A DNA stretch of 41,424 nucleotides. Source: Burkholderiales bacterium. GTDB lineage: Bacteria > Pseudomonadota > Gammaproteobacteria > Burkholderiales > SG8-41. Of the stretch, positions 32,429-41,424 are shown one piece after another. The position numbers and the translations under genes were made by a program. Numbering within the stretch: position 1 is the first letter of the stretch; each line of letters starts with the position of its first letter. The notes beneath the pieces are model-generated. The model was not told the origin of the DNA. It saw nothing but the letters and a program-made list of their open reading frames with translations, and did no database searches. The stretch is from the NCBI GenBank assembly GCA_035249725.1, contig DATFGD010000284.1:1-41424 (forward strand), read 5' to 3'.

Positions 32429-33582
32429 TGCTGTCCGCCCTTGCGGATGAGTTGGCGGAACTCGATGCACGGGGGCTGAAGCGCACGCGCCGGCTGCTTC
32501 AGTCGCCGCAGTCCGCTCGCGTCACCGTCGACGGGCGCAGCTACGTCGCATTTTGCAGCAACGATTACCTCGGTCTGGCGAGCGATCCGCGCCTCGTGCA
32601 GGCGGTGCAGGAGGGCGTTACACGCTGTGGCGTAGGCGCCGGGGCTTCGCATCTGGTGTTGGGGCATGGTGAGGCGCATGCAGCGCTGGAGCAGGCGCTC
32701 GCCCGCTTTATCGGTCTGCCGCGCGCGCTACTTTTTTCCACCGGCTACATGGCGAATATCGGCGTCGTTACGGCGCTCGTCGGTCGCGACGATGCCGTCT
32801 TCGCAGACCGGCTCAATCACGCTTCTCTGAACGATGCGTGCCTGCTGTCCCGCGCGCGCTTCCTGCGCTACGCGCATGGAGATATCGAAGCACTGGAAAG
32901 ACTTTTGGCCGCTACGTCTGCGCGTCGCCGATTGATCGTCACCGACGGCGTGTTCAGTATGGATGGTGATATCGCGCCGCTCGCCGCACTGATCGAGCTT
33001 GCCGAGCGCTACGATGCCTGGCTGCTGGTGGATGACGCCCACGGTTTCGGCGTACTGGGAGAAGGCGGCCGGGGCGCGCTCGCACATTGCAAGCTTGCTT
33101 CTCCGCACGTCATTCATATGGCGACCCTGGGCAAGGCGGCGGGCGTATTCGGTGCTTTCGTGGCGGGGCAGGCGCCGTTGATCGAATTTCTCGTACAGCG
33201 CGCACGGACTTATGTTTACAGCACCGCGACACCACCGGTGCTGGCAATCGCCGTCCTGAAAAGTCTCGAGCTGATCGAGGGCGAAGAGTGGCGCCGCGAA
33301 CGTTTGAAGCGGCTCGTTGCCATCGTCGCAACCGGACTGCGCGCAGGGCGATGGCGCCTCCTTGCCTCTCAAACCGCCATACAAGCGCTGGTCATCGGCG
33401 AAAACGCGGCTGCGCTCGCGGTCAGTGAAAAGCTCGCGCAACGCGGGCTGCTCGTGCCTGCGATCCGGCCGCCGACCGTGCCGCGCGGCACCGCCCGGCT
33501 GCGTATCTCGCTCTCCGCGGCGCATGGCGAAGACGAAGCAGCGAAGCTGGTCGATGCGCTCAACGACGTCGCCCGCTCATGA
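32425..33582 (+). CDS. bioF: 8-amino-7-oxononanoate synthase
   Basis: PLP-dependent acyl-CoA transferase family. Contains NDYLGL, DDAHG and TLGKA (the PLP lysine). A 4-nt overlap links it to bioB. Confidence 0.93.
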   Translation: MMLSALADELAELDARGLKRTRRLLQSPQSARVTVDGRSYVAFCSNDYLGLASDPRLVQAVQEGVTRCGVGAGASHLVLGHGEAHAALEQALARFIGLPRALLFSTGYMANIGVVTALVGRDDAVFADRLNHASLNDACLLSRARFLRYAHGDIEALERLLAATSARRRLIVTDGVFSMDGDIAPLAALIELAERYDAWLLVDDAHGFGVLGEGGRGALAHCKLASPHVIHMATLGKAAGVFGAFVAGQAPLIEFLVQRARTYVYSTATPPVLAIAVLKSLELIEGEEWRRERLKRLVAIVATGLRAGRWRLLASQTAIQALVIGENAAALAVSEKLAQRGLLVPAIRPPTVPRGTARLRISLSAAHGEDEAAKLVDALNDVARS

Positions 33583-34346
33583 GCGCTGCCGGCGTAAACG
33601 GCGCGCGTCCGGACATCGTGCTTCTGCACGGCTGGGGCACGACCCCCCACGTGTGGCGTGAAGTCGCCCCCTTGCTTGACCGGCATTTTCGCGTGCACGC
33701 GCCGGGGCTGCCGTACTCGGGTGAGGTGCAATCCCACGATGCGGGGACGGTCGAGGCGATCGCCGAACGCGTCGCAGCATGGGCGCCCAAAGCGTGCATG
33801 GTGTGCGGCTGGTCGCTCGGCGGTGCTGTCGCACTCGCCTGGGCACGGCGTGCGCCGCGGCAGGTCGCGCGGCTTGCGTTGATTGCGACGAATCCTTGCT
33901 TTGTGCAGCGGGCGGACTGGCCGCATGGGCTCGAGGCACGCGCTGTGCACGACTTCGCACGCGGCCTGGTGCGCGAGCCGGCTGCAGTCCTCACTCGTTA
34001 CATCACGCTACAGGCGCGGGGTGACGTACGCGCCGCGCGCGTCGTGCGCCATCTGCGGCAGACGCTGTCGCAGCGGCCACACCAACCGGATGCAACCGCG
34101 CTGCAGCTTGGATTGACACTCTTGCTGCGAACCGATCTTCGCAGCGTCCTGCCGCACATCACGCAACCGGCGCTGCTGATACACGGCGCACGCGATCGGG
34201 TGGTGCCGCTTGCGGCCGGCGAATACCTCGCGCAGCGCTTGCCGAACGGGCGTATTTCATTAATGGCAAACGCGGCACACGCGCCGTTCGCGTCGGATCC
34301 CGAGGACGCGTGCGCCCAGCTCGCGCGTTTCTTTGATGAGCGATGA
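33579..34346 (+). CDS. bioH: pimeloyl-[ACP] methyl ester esterase (alpha/beta hydrolase)
   Basis: Contains HGWG and the nucleophile elbow GWSLGG. It lies between bioF and bioC. Confidence 0.85.
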   Translation: MSAAGVNGARPDIVLLHGWGTTPHVWREVAPLLDRHFRVHAPGLPYSGEVQSHDAGTVEAIAERVAAWAPKACMVCGWSLGGAVALAWARRAPRQVARLALIATNPCFVQRADWPHGLEARAVHDFARGLVREPAAVLTRYITLQARGDVRAARVVRHLRQTLSQRPHQPDATALQLGLTLLLRTDLRSVLPHITQPALLIHGARDRVVPLAAGEYLAQRLPNGRISLMANAAHAPFASDPEDACAQLARFFDER

Positions 34347-35211
34347 TTTGCTGATCGACAAGCGCTCGCTGCGGCGCGCCTTTGAACAAGCCGCGGCGAC
34401 GTACGATGCGGCCGCGGTGCTGCAAAACGAAGTATGCAGTCGCATGCTCGCGCGCCTGGAATACATCAAGCACAGCCCTGCAGCGATACTGGACGCGGGA
34501 AGCGGCACCGGAAACGCGCTGCCCGGACTGCAAAAGCACTATCCGCACGCGAAGGTCATCGCACTGGACATCGCGCTCGCCATGTTGAAGCGCGGCTGCA
34601 GGCGGCTTCCGTGGTGGAAGGGATGGCTCGCGCACGCCGCGCAGCCGGTATGCGCGGATATCGAGCGGCTGCCCTTTGCCGGCGAGGCGTTCGGGATGAT
34701 CTGGTCCAACCTCGCGCTGCAGTGGGTGAACGACCTCCCGCGCACGTTGGTCGAAATGCGGCGCGTGCTGATGCCCGGGGGGCTCCTCATGTTCAGCACC
34801 TTCGGACCCGACACGCTGCGCGAATTGCGGCAGGCCTATCGCGACACCGACCGCCATACCCACGTGAACCGGTTCGTCGACATGCACGATATCGGCGACC
34901 TGCTCGTTACCGGCGGCTTCGGCGATCCGGTAATGGATATGGAGTACGTCACGCTCACCTACGCCGATGTGCGCCAATTGATGCGCGAGCTGAAGGCGAT
35001 CGGGGCGCACAACGTGACGCGCGGGCGTCCGGGCGGACTCTACGGCAAGCGGCGTATGGCCGCGGTGATGCAGAACTACGAACGCTTCCGCCGTGACGGC
35101 ACATTACCGGCCACCTTTGAAGTGGTGTATGGACATGCGTGGAAGCCGCTCCCGCGCCTCGCACCCCATGGCCGGCCCGTGATCGAGATCAAGCCGCACG
35201 CGGCGCGCTGA
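34333..35211 (+). CDS. bioC: malonyl-[ACP] O-methyltransferase
   Basis: Contains FEQAAATYDAAAVLQ, the SAM motif LDAGSGTG and LQW. Confidence 0.88.
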   Translation: MMSDDLLIDKRSLRRAFEQAAATYDAAAVLQNEVCSRMLARLEYIKHSPAAILDAGSGTGNALPGLQKHYPHAKVIALDIALAMLKRGCRRLPWWKGWLAHAAQPVCADIERLPFAGEAFGMIWSNLALQWVNDLPRTLVEMRRVLMPGGLLMFSTFGPDTLRELRQAYRDTDRHTHVNRFVDMHDIGDLLVTGGFGDPVMDMEYVTLTYADVRQLMRELKAIGAHNVTRGRPGGLYGKRRMAAVMQNYERFRRDGTLPATFEVVYGHAWKPLPRLAPHGRPVIEIKPHAAR

Positions 35212-35213
35212 AC

Positions 35214-35909
35214 ATGGCCGCCGGGACTGCAAGGGGAATTTTGATCACCGGCACAGACACGGGCGTGGGAAAAACGCTCGCCGCGTGCGCCCTTCTCCGT
35301 GCATTCGCAGCGCGCGGGTTGCGCGCAATCGGGATGAAACCGATCGCGGCAGGCGCTGAGCGCCACGGCAGCGAACTGCGCAATGAAGACGTGGAACGGC
35401 TCCGCGCGGCCGGCAACGTTGCCGCTTCGCGCAACAGCGTCAACGTTTACTGCTTCGAGGCCCCGATCGCACCGCATATCGCGGCGAGGCGTGCAGGCGT
35501 CAGGATGGCGCTTGCGCCGATCGAACATGCGTATCGCACGCTGGCCAGTCAAGCCGATATCGTGATCGTCGAAGGGGTTGGCGGTTTTCGCGTGCCGCTG
35601 AACGAATGCGAAGATACGAGCGATCTTGCGGCGCGGTTGCGGCTTCCCGTCGTGCTGGTGGTCGGTATGCGGCTCGGCTGCCTCAACCACGCCTTGCTCA
35701 CCGCGGAGGCGATCGAGGCCCGCAGGCTGCGACTTGCGGGCTGGATCGCGAACCACATCGATCCCGATATGGAACAGGCTGAAGACAACGTCACGACGCT
35801 CGCGCAACGCATCGCAGCGCCGTGCATCGCACGAATTCCATTTCAGCGGGCGCCGCAACCGGATATCACGAGCGTGCTTTGCATCGATGGTTTACTCGAA
35901 AAGTCGTGA
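35214..35909 (+). CDS. bioD: dethiobiotin synthase (231 aa from the ATG at 35214)
   Basis: P-loop ITGTDTGVGKT, followed by GMKP and VEGVGG. Confidence 0.92.
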   Translation: MAAGTARGILITGTDTGVGKTLAACALLRAFAARGLRAIGMKPIAAGAERHGSELRNEDVERLRAAGNVAASRNSVNVYCFEAPIAPHIAARRAGVRMALAPIEHAYRTLASQADIVIVEGVGGFRVPLNECEDTSDLAARLRLPVVLVVGMRLGCLNHALLTAEAIEARRLRLAGWIANHIDPDMEQAEDNVTTLAQRIAAPCIARIPFQRAPQPDITSVLCIDGLLEKS

Positions 35910-35951
35910 TGCGTTTCTTCCCTCGGCGATGTGTTTTCTACCCGCGTTTTG

Positions 35952-35980
35952 TTGCGACGCCTGGACGGGTGTGCTAAATT
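35952..35980 (+). promoter_or_regulatory. putative sigma70 promoter for the DUF2244-cox operon
   Basis: TTGCGA (35952-35957), a 17-nt spacer, then TAAATT (35975-35980) preceded by TGc (extended -10). It ends about 48 nt upstream of the ATG at 36029. Confidence 0.35.
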
Positions 35981-36028
35981 TCGCCCATTTCGCTCGGGTG
36001 TCAGCGCTCGTAACCAAGGACGCTCTGG

Positions 36029-36496
36029 ATGGAATGCGTCGATACCGGGAGAGCGAGTCAGTTCGCGTTTACGGCTCGCCGCAACAACTCCCTGTCCACA
36101 TCCGGCCGCCTGCTTGTTTTTTGTTTTGTTTTTTTCGTCTCGGTCGGAATCGGACTGGCATTCACGTTGGTTTTCGGCGCCTGGCCGATCATGCCGTTCG
36201 CCGGGGTCGAAATGCTGGTGCTGTACCTCGCGTTTCGCTACATAGAGCGCCATGCGATGGACTACGAGCGGCTTGCGATCGCGGGCGACCGGGTGGAGGT
36301 GGAGGTGCTGGACGGCGGGCGACTGAGCCGCTTCGACTGCAACCGGCACTGGACCCGGGTCGTGTGCGATGGAAAGGGCGGCCGTCTTGCGTTGAGATCG
36401 CACGGTCGCGAAGTCGAAATCGGAAGGCACTTGAACCAAGAACAACGTCTCTCGGTGGCCCGCCAGCTCGGGCGCGTACTTCACGATGCTCGCTGA
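36029..36496 (+). CDS. DUF2244 family integral membrane protein (cytochrome oxidase-associated)
   Basis: Two adjacent transmembrane helices (LLVFCFVFFVSVGIGLAFTLVFGAWPIMPFAGVEMLVLYLAF), then a soluble tail. It lies directly upstream of coxB, as is typical for DUF2244. Confidence 0.65.
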   Translation: MECVDTGRASQFAFTARRNNSLSTSGRLLVFCFVFFVSVGIGLAFTLVFGAWPIMPFAGVEMLVLYLAFRYIERHAMDYERLAIAGDRVEVEVLDGGRLSRFDCNRHWTRVVCDGKGGRLALRSHGREVEIGRHLNQEQRLSVARQLGRVLHDAR

Positions 36497-36559
36497 AGCG
36501 CGTGTCTGAACCCGCCGGCGCTTGTCGCCCAAAGAGGACCATTCACAGGTGAGGGAAGC

Positions 36560-37675
36560 ATGATCAGCAAGTTGGCTCGATTTTTTGCGGCCGCTACCGC
36601 GCTAGTAGCGGAGACGAGCCTTGCGGCTCAATACAATCTGCAGCCGCCGCAGAGCATCATCGCCCGCGAGATCTACGATCTGCACACCCTGATCATGTGG
36701 ATCATCCTCGCCATCTTTGTCGTGGTGTTCGGCGCCATGACTTATGCCATCGTGAAGCACCGCAAGTCGGTGGGGCACAAGGCCGAACAGTTTCACGAGA
36801 ACACCACCGTCGAGATCATCTGGACCATCATTCCCTTCATCATCCTGATCGGCATGGCTTATCCGGCGACGAAGACGGTGATTTCGATGAAGGACACCTC
36901 GAGTCCCGACATCACCATCAAGGCGACCGGCTACCAGTGGAAATGGGGTTACGATTACCTCCAGGAAGGGATCAGTTTCTACAGCGCGCTCGCCACCCCT
37001 CGTGAGCAGATCGAGGGCACCGCGGCCAAGGGCGAGCACTACCTGCTCGAGGTCGACAATCCGGTGGTGGTGCCGGTCGGCAAGAAAATCCGCATCATTG
37101 CGACCGCCAACGATGTCATTCACGCGTGGTGGGTACCGGCGCTTGGAATCAAGCAGGACGCGATTCCCGGCTTCGTGCGCGACACCTGGTTCAAGGCTGA
37201 CACACCCGGGACCTACCGCGGGCAGTGCGCCGAGCTGTGCGGCAAGGATCACGGCTTCATGCCGATCGTCGTCGAGGCGGTTGCCCCGGAAAAATACGAG
37301 GCCTGGGTGAAGGAGAAGCAGGCGCAGGTGAAAAAAGTCGCGGCGGCCGAGGCGCCGGACAAGAAGTGGACGATGGACGAACTGAAGGCGCGCGGCGAGA
37401 AGGTTTACGCGGCGAATTGCGTGGCGTGCCACCAGGCCAATGGCATGGGCGTGCCGAACACGTTTCCCGCATTGAGCGGCTCGAAGATGGTGAACGGGCC
37501 GAAGGACGCGCACCTCGCCATCGTGCTGAACGGCAAGCCGGGCACCGCAATGGCGCCGTTCAAGCAGCTGAGCGACGTCGAGATCGCCGCGGTGGTGACG
37601 TACGAACGCAATTCGTGGAACAACAAGACCGGCGATATGGTCAGCCCGGACGAAGTGAAGGCGGCACGCAAGTAA
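36560..37675 (+). CDS. coxB: cytochrome c oxidase subunit II with a fused C-terminal cytochrome c domain
   Basis: CuA site H...CAELCGKDHGFM, and a heme c motif CVACH in the C-terminal domain. Confidence 0.95.
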   Translation: MISKLARFFAAATALVAETSLAAQYNLQPPQSIIAREIYDLHTLIMWIILAIFVVVFGAMTYAIVKHRKSVGHKAEQFHENTTVEIIWTIIPFIILIGMAYPATKTVISMKDTSSPDITIKATGYQWKWGYDYLQEGISFYSALATPREQIEGTAAKGEHYLLEVDNPVVVPVGKKIRIIATANDVIHAWWVPALGIKQDAIPGFVRDTWFKADTPGTYRGQCAELCGKDHGFMPIVVEAVAPEKYEAWVKEKQAQVKKVAAAEAPDKKWTMDELKARGEKVYAANCVACHQANGMGVPNTFPALSGSKMVNGPKDAHLAIVLNGKPGTAMAPFKQLSDVEIAAVVTYERNSWNNKTGDMVSPDEVKAARK

Positions 37676-37684
37676 GGAGAGATT

Positions 37685-39265
37685 ATGGAAGCGGCACACG
37701 TACACGATCACGGCCACGGCGAACACGCGCACCACCCCGGCGGCATCATGCGCTGGGTGATGACGACCAACCACAAGGACATCGGCACGCTGTACCTGCT
37801 ATTCAGTCTGACCATGTTCTTTGTCGGCGGCGTGCTCGCCCTGATGCTGCGCGCCGAACTGTTCCAGCCGGGGCTGCAGTTGTGGCGGCCGGACTTCTTC
37901 AATGAGCTGACGACGATGCACGGGCTCATCATGGTGTTCGGCGCGATCATGCCGGCGTTCGTCGGTTTCGCGAACTGGCAGATTCCGATGATGATCGGCG
38001 CACCGGACATGGCGTTCGCGCGCATGAACAACTGGAGCTTCTGGCTGCTGCCGCCGGCGGCGACCCTGCTGGTCGTCTCGTTCTTCGTTCCGGGCGGGGC
38101 GACCGCTGCCGGCTGGACCCTCTACGCCCCGCTCTCGACGCAGATGGGCCCGGGGATGGATCTCGCGATCTTCGCGCTGCATATCATGGGCGCGTCCTCG
38201 ATCATGGGCTCGATCAACATCATTACCACCATCCTCAACATGCGCGCGCCGGGGATGACGCTGATGAAGATGCCGCTTTTCGTGTGGACGTGGCTCATCA
38301 CCGCATACCTACTGATCGCGGTGATGCCGGTGCTCGCGGGGGCGGTGACTATGGTGCTGACCGATCGCCATTTCGGCACGCACTTCTTCAATGCCGCCGG
38401 TGGCGGCGACCCGGTCATGTTCCAGCACATCTTCTGGTTCTTCGGCCATCCCGAGGTCTACATCATGATCCTGCCGGCGTTCGGCATCGTGTCGCAGATC
38501 GTGCCGACGTTCTCCCGCAAACCGCTCTTCGGCTACTCTTCGATGGTGTATGCAACCGCCTCCATCGCGATCCTGTCGTTCATCGTCTGGGCGCACCATA
38601 TGTTCACCGTCGGCATGCCGGCGGCCGCTCAGCTCTTCTTCATGTATGCGACGATGCTGATCGCGGTGCCGACCGGGGTGAAGGTGTTCAACTGGGTGGC
38701 GACGATGTGGAAGGGCGCGCTCACGTTCGAGACGCCCATGCTGTGGGCGTGCGGCTTCATCTTCGTGTTTTCGATGGGTGGGTTCACCGGGCTCGTGCTC
38801 GCCATTACGCCGGTCGATATCCAGTTGCAGGATACCTACTACGTCGTCGCGCACTTCCATTACGTGCTGGTGGCCGGTTCACTGTTCGCGATTTTCGGCG
38901 GCGCCTATTACTGGCTGCCGAAGTGGATAGGACGGATGTACGACGAAAAGCTCGGCCAGTGGCACTTCTGGCTGTCGATGATCTTCTTCAACGTCACGTT
39001 CTTCCCGATGCATTTCTCCGGGCTGGCCGGCATGCCGCGCCGCATCCCTGATTACGCGCTGCAATTCGCCGACTTCAACATGCTTTCGTCGGTCGGCGCC
39101 TTTGGCTTCGGACTTTCACAGCTCATTTTCGTCTGGGTGCTGATCAAGATCCGCAACGGTCAGAAAGCGGCCGACAAGTCGTGGGAAGGCGCCGAAGGGC
39201 TCGAGTGGACGCTGCCGTCACCGGCGCCGTATCACACTTTCGAAACACCGCCGGTGGTGAAATAG
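37685..39265 (+). CDS. ctaD: cytochrome c oxidase subunit I (aa3-type)
   Basis: 526 aa containing [10 protein letters not shown] and HHMF, with 12 transmembrane helices. Confidence 0.97.
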   Translation: MEAAHVHDHGHGEHAHHPGGIMRWVMTTNHKDIGTLYLLFSLTMFFVGGVLALMLRAELFQPGLQLWRPDFFNELTTMHGLIMVFGAIMPAFVGFANWQIPMMIGAPDMAFARMNNWSFWLLPPAATLLVVSFFVPGGATAAGWTLYAPLSTQMGPGMDLAIFALHIMGASSIMGSINIITTILNMRAPGMTLMKMPLFVWTWLITAYLLIAVMPVLAGAVTMVLTDRHFGTHFFNAAGGGDPVMFQHIFWFFGHPEVYIMILPAFGIVSQIVPTFSRKPLFGYSSMVYATASIAILSFIVWAHHMFTVGMPAAAQLFFMYATMLIAVPTGVKVFNWVATMWKGALTFETPMLWACGFIFVFSMGGFTGLVLAITPVDIQLQDTYYVVAHFHYVLVAGSLFAIFGGAYYWLPKWIGRMYDEKLGQWHFWLSMIFFNVTFFPMHFSGLAGMPRRIPDYALQFADFNMLSSVGAFGFGLSQLIFVWVLIKIRNGQKAADKSWEGAEGLEWTLPSPAPYHTFETPPVVK

Positions 39266-39271
39266 CGGGCA

Positions 39272-39373
39272 ATGGAGCACGTCTTGCGCAACAGGGTTAG
39301 AACGGCGTTGATCCTCGGCTCCATTGCGGCCGCCTTCTTCATCGGCATCATCATCCGCTACTGGCTATGGTAG
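39272..39373 (+). CDS. 33-aa single-transmembrane-helix protein (likely a cytochrome oxidase small assembly/accessory protein); absent from the ORF track
   Basis: The ATG at 39272 gives MEHVLRNRVRTALILGSIAAAFFIGIIIRYWLW*. It fills the ctaD-ctaG gap, and its stop overlaps the ctaG start (ATGGTAG). Confidence 0.55.
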   Translation: MEHVLRNRVRTALILGSIAAAFFIGIIIRYWLW

Positions 39374-39912
39374 CCGCCGCGCGACCCAATCCGAACCTCG
39401 TCACGCTGCGCAAGCTGGTGGTGATCGCCTGCGCGATGTTCGGATTCGGATTCGCGCTGGTGCCTTTCTACAAGAAAATCTGCGAAGTTACCGGCATCAA
39501 CAACGTGCTCAAGGCCGACGAGGTGACCAACACGCAGATCGACGCAAGCCGCTGGCTCACCGTCGAGTTCGACGCCAACGTGCGCGGCGGACTGCCCTGG
39601 ACATTCACACCGGTCGAGAAGCAAGCGCGGTTTCATCCCGGCGAGCTGGTGCAGGTGACGTTCGAAATCCGGAACGACGGTCCGCGCGCAGTCACGGGAC
39701 AGGCGATCCCGAGCTACGGTCCGCAGCTTGCGGGACGCTATTTCAGGAAACTCGAGTGCTTCTGCTTTACGCAGCAGACGCTGCAGCCCGGCGAAGTGCG
39801 GCGCATGCCGGTCGTTTTTGTGATCGAGAAGGGCCTGCCGGCGGAGGTGAATACGGTTACGCTATCGTATTCGTTTTTCGAGATCGAAGGCACCGCGGGG
39901 AAGGCGGGCTAA
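39367..39912 (+). CDS. ctaG: cytochrome c oxidase assembly protein CtaG/Cox11
   Basis: An N-terminal transmembrane helix, PFYKKICEVTG and the copper-binding CFCF motif. Confidence 0.92.
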   Translation: MVAAARPNPNLVTLRKLVVIACAMFGFGFALVPFYKKICEVTGINNVLKADEVTNTQIDASRWLTVEFDANVRGGLPWTFTPVEKQARFHPGELVQVTFEIRNDGPRAVTGQAIPSYGPQLAGRYFRKLECFCFTQQTLQPGEVRRMPVVFVIEKGLPAEVNTVTLSYSFFEIEGTAGKAG

Positions 39913-39918
39913 GGACCT

Positions 39919-40134
39919 ATGCTGATGACCGAGCCGGAACACACGCCGCGCAAGGCGACCCCGCTGGAAGTCGCGAAAGCGGTGTTCTGGTCGTTTCTCG
40001 GCATCCGCAAGCGTGCCGCGCATGAACGCGACGCGGTGACGATCAAGCCGGTGCAAGTCATCGTGGCCGGCATCATCGCCGCAGTCATTTTCGTATTGGG
40101 CCTGGTCACGCTGGTGCGGTTCATTACCGGCTGA
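39919..40134 (+). CDS. DUF2970 family small membrane protein
   Basis: 71 aa containing AVFWSFLGIRKR plus a C-terminal transmembrane helix. It holds the conserved slot between ctaG and coxC. Confidence 0.7.
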   Translation: MLMTEPEHTPRKATPLEVAKAVFWSFLGIRKRAAHERDAVTIKPVQVIVAGIIAAVIFVLGLVTLVRFITG

Positions 40135-40163
40135 CGGGGAAATCAGGAAGAGGGAGAACAAAC

Positions 40164-41015
40164 ATGCTCGGTCATTCCGCCCGCTATTTCATCCCGGAGC
40201 CCTCGCGCTGGCCGATCTTCGGCTCGCTCGCGCTGCTGTCCATGGCGCTCGGCGCGGCTTCCTGGTTCAACGGCTGGGCGCCCGGGAAATTCCTCGTGAT
40301 CGCGGGGTTCCTGATTCTCGTCTACATGATGGCCGGCTGGTTTACCACCGTCGCGCACGAGAGCGAAGGCGGCCGCTACAACAAGCAGGTCGACACTTCT
40401 TTCCGCTGGGGCATGAGCTGGTTCATCTTTTCCGAGGTGATGTTTTTTGGCGCCTTCTTCGGCGCGCTGTTCTACATGAGGGTGATATCGGTCCCCGATC
40501 TCGGCGGCATCGAAAGCCAGCAGCTCATCTGGCCGGGCTTCAAGTCGGGGTGGCCGGTCTCCGGTCCCGGGATCAAGGAACAGTTCTCGCCGATGGGCGC
40601 CTGGGGCATCCCCGCAATGAACACGCTCATCCTGTTGTCCTCGGGCGTGACGGTGACCTGGGCGCACTGGGGGCTGCTCAAGGGCAACCGCCAACAGCTC
40701 ATCTGGGGTCTGGTGATGACCATCGCACTCGGCGCGACGTTCCTCGGGTTCCAGATCTATGAGTACGCGCACGCCTATAGCGAACTCAACTTGAAACTCA
40801 CGATGGGCGCGTACGGTGCGACGTTTTTCATGCTGACCGGGTTTCACGGATTTCACGTGACGGTCGGCACCCTCATGCTGATCGTGATCCTGTTTCGTTG
40901 CGTGGCGGGCCATTTCACCGCTGATCACCACTTCGGGTTCGAAGGTGTCGCGTGGTACTGGCACTTCGTTGACGTCGTGTGGCTGCTGCTGTTCATATTC
41001 GTCTACTGGCTATAA
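40164..41015 (+). CDS. coxC: cytochrome c oxidase subunit III
   Basis: 283 aa with 7 transmembrane helices, containing FFMLTGFHGFHV and WYWHFVDVVW. Confidence 0.95.
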   Translation: MLGHSARYFIPEPSRWPIFGSLALLSMALGAASWFNGWAPGKFLVIAGFLILVYMMAGWFTTVAHESEGGRYNKQVDTSFRWGMSWFIFSEVMFFGAFFGALFYMRVISVPDLGGIESQQLIWPGFKSGWPVSGPGIKEQFSPMGAWGIPAMNTLILLSSGVTVTWAHWGLLKGNRQQLIWGLVMTIALGATFLGFQIYEYAHAYSELNLKLTMGAYGATFFMLTGFHGFHVTVGTLMLIVILFRCVAGHFTADHHFGFEGVAWYWHFVDVVWLLLFIFVYWL

Positions 41016-41100
41016 GGCCGACAACACCAAGAACAATCACACGCGAACAAGAGAAGGCGCGACAACAACAAGGGGGGACCCGGCCAGTAGAGGAATCGGC

Positions 41101-41127
41101 GCCGCACTGCGAGTGCGGCTTTTTTTT
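41101..41127 (+). terminator. rho-independent terminator after coxC
   Basis: gccgcac-tgcga-gtgcggc followed by T8. Confidence 0.8.
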
Positions 41128-41129
41128 CG

Positions 41130-41324
41130 CTACAGCTTGTCGGTGATGATGCCGAAGTAGAAACCCAGCATCAGCAACGCGAACAATATCACCGAAAGCA
41201 GCACGCGCACGGTGAGCGCCTTGACCATCCGGTCGGACTGGCTGCGGTCCTTGAGCAGGAAGTAGAGCGCGGAAAAGAGACTTCCGAGTATGAAGATGAC
41301 AAAGAGCAGGACGACGATTTTCAT
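41130..41324 (-). CDS. twin transmembrane helix small protein (DUF2909), 64 aa
   Basis: MKIVVLLFVIFILGSLFSALYFLLKD...VRVLLSVILFALLMLGFYFG. It has two transmembrane helices and the usual position beside coxC and SURF1. Confidence 0.7.
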   Translation of the reverse strand: MKIVVLLFVIFILGSLFSALYFLLKDRSQSDRMVKALTVRVLLSVILFALLMLGFYFGIITDKL

Positions 41325-41383
41325 TGGTGGGAAAGCGATGGAACGCGTTGCAGTGTATCGCATGGCTTCCAGCGCTGCCAGCG

Positions 41384-41424
41384 ATGGCGGCTAGCCTTCG
41401 GTTGCGCTGGAGTCTGTGGCCCGC
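41384..41424 (+). CDS. possible 5' end of a SURF1-family gene (only 13 codons in the window)
   Basis: The ATG at 41384 gives MAASLRLRWSLWP. The call rests on the expected cox-cluster order and a basic N-terminus, and there is too little sequence to confirm it. Confidence 0.3.
   Translation, partial: MAASLRLRWSLWP

Overview
GC-rich (over 60% by eye) chromosomal window, densely packed with about 50 housekeeping genes on both strands. I see no rRNA, tRNA, CRISPR array, transposase, integrase, phage gene or recognisable defence system.

Gene content and order:
- lptE(partial)-leuS, divergent from uvrD
- thrB-DUF2782, divergent from polA; then xthA
- dacA-dat-ybeD ... lipB-lipA
- PCuAC copper chaperone, convergent with an ECF sigma / mini anti-sigma pair
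- hsp20; argB-HAD nucleotidase-slmA
- gpmI-envC-ctpA-moeB, divergent from rhodanese-grxC-secB-SH3-gpsA
- trmL-comF, divergent from bioBFHCD
- an aa3-type cytochrome c oxidase cluster: DUF2244-coxB-ctaD-small ORF-ctaG-DUF2970-coxC, DUF2909, SURF1 start

This synteny (argB-nucleotidase-slmA, and a cox cluster with DUF2970/DUF2909) suggests a betaproteobacterium; that is inference only.

I did not find a convincing novel multi-gene system, and the region reads as core genome. The most unusual things I can actually see:
1. GC-rich palindromic (REP/RPE-like) elements inserted in frame inside two housekeeping genes. uvrD carries two tandem 51-nt units. leuS carries one element, and a sister copy of that element sits in an expanded grxC-secB spacer.
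2. A terminator-like hairpin plus a short uORF in the leuS leader.
3. Two divergent genes whose start codons overlap in a CATG.
4. An ECF sigma factor paired with a 65-aa transmembrane-less zinc-type anti-sigma factor.
5. A 33-codon membrane ORF in the cox cluster that is missing from the ORF track.

Many long ORFs in the six-frame track are antisense shadow ORFs typical of high-GC DNA, and I rejected them.
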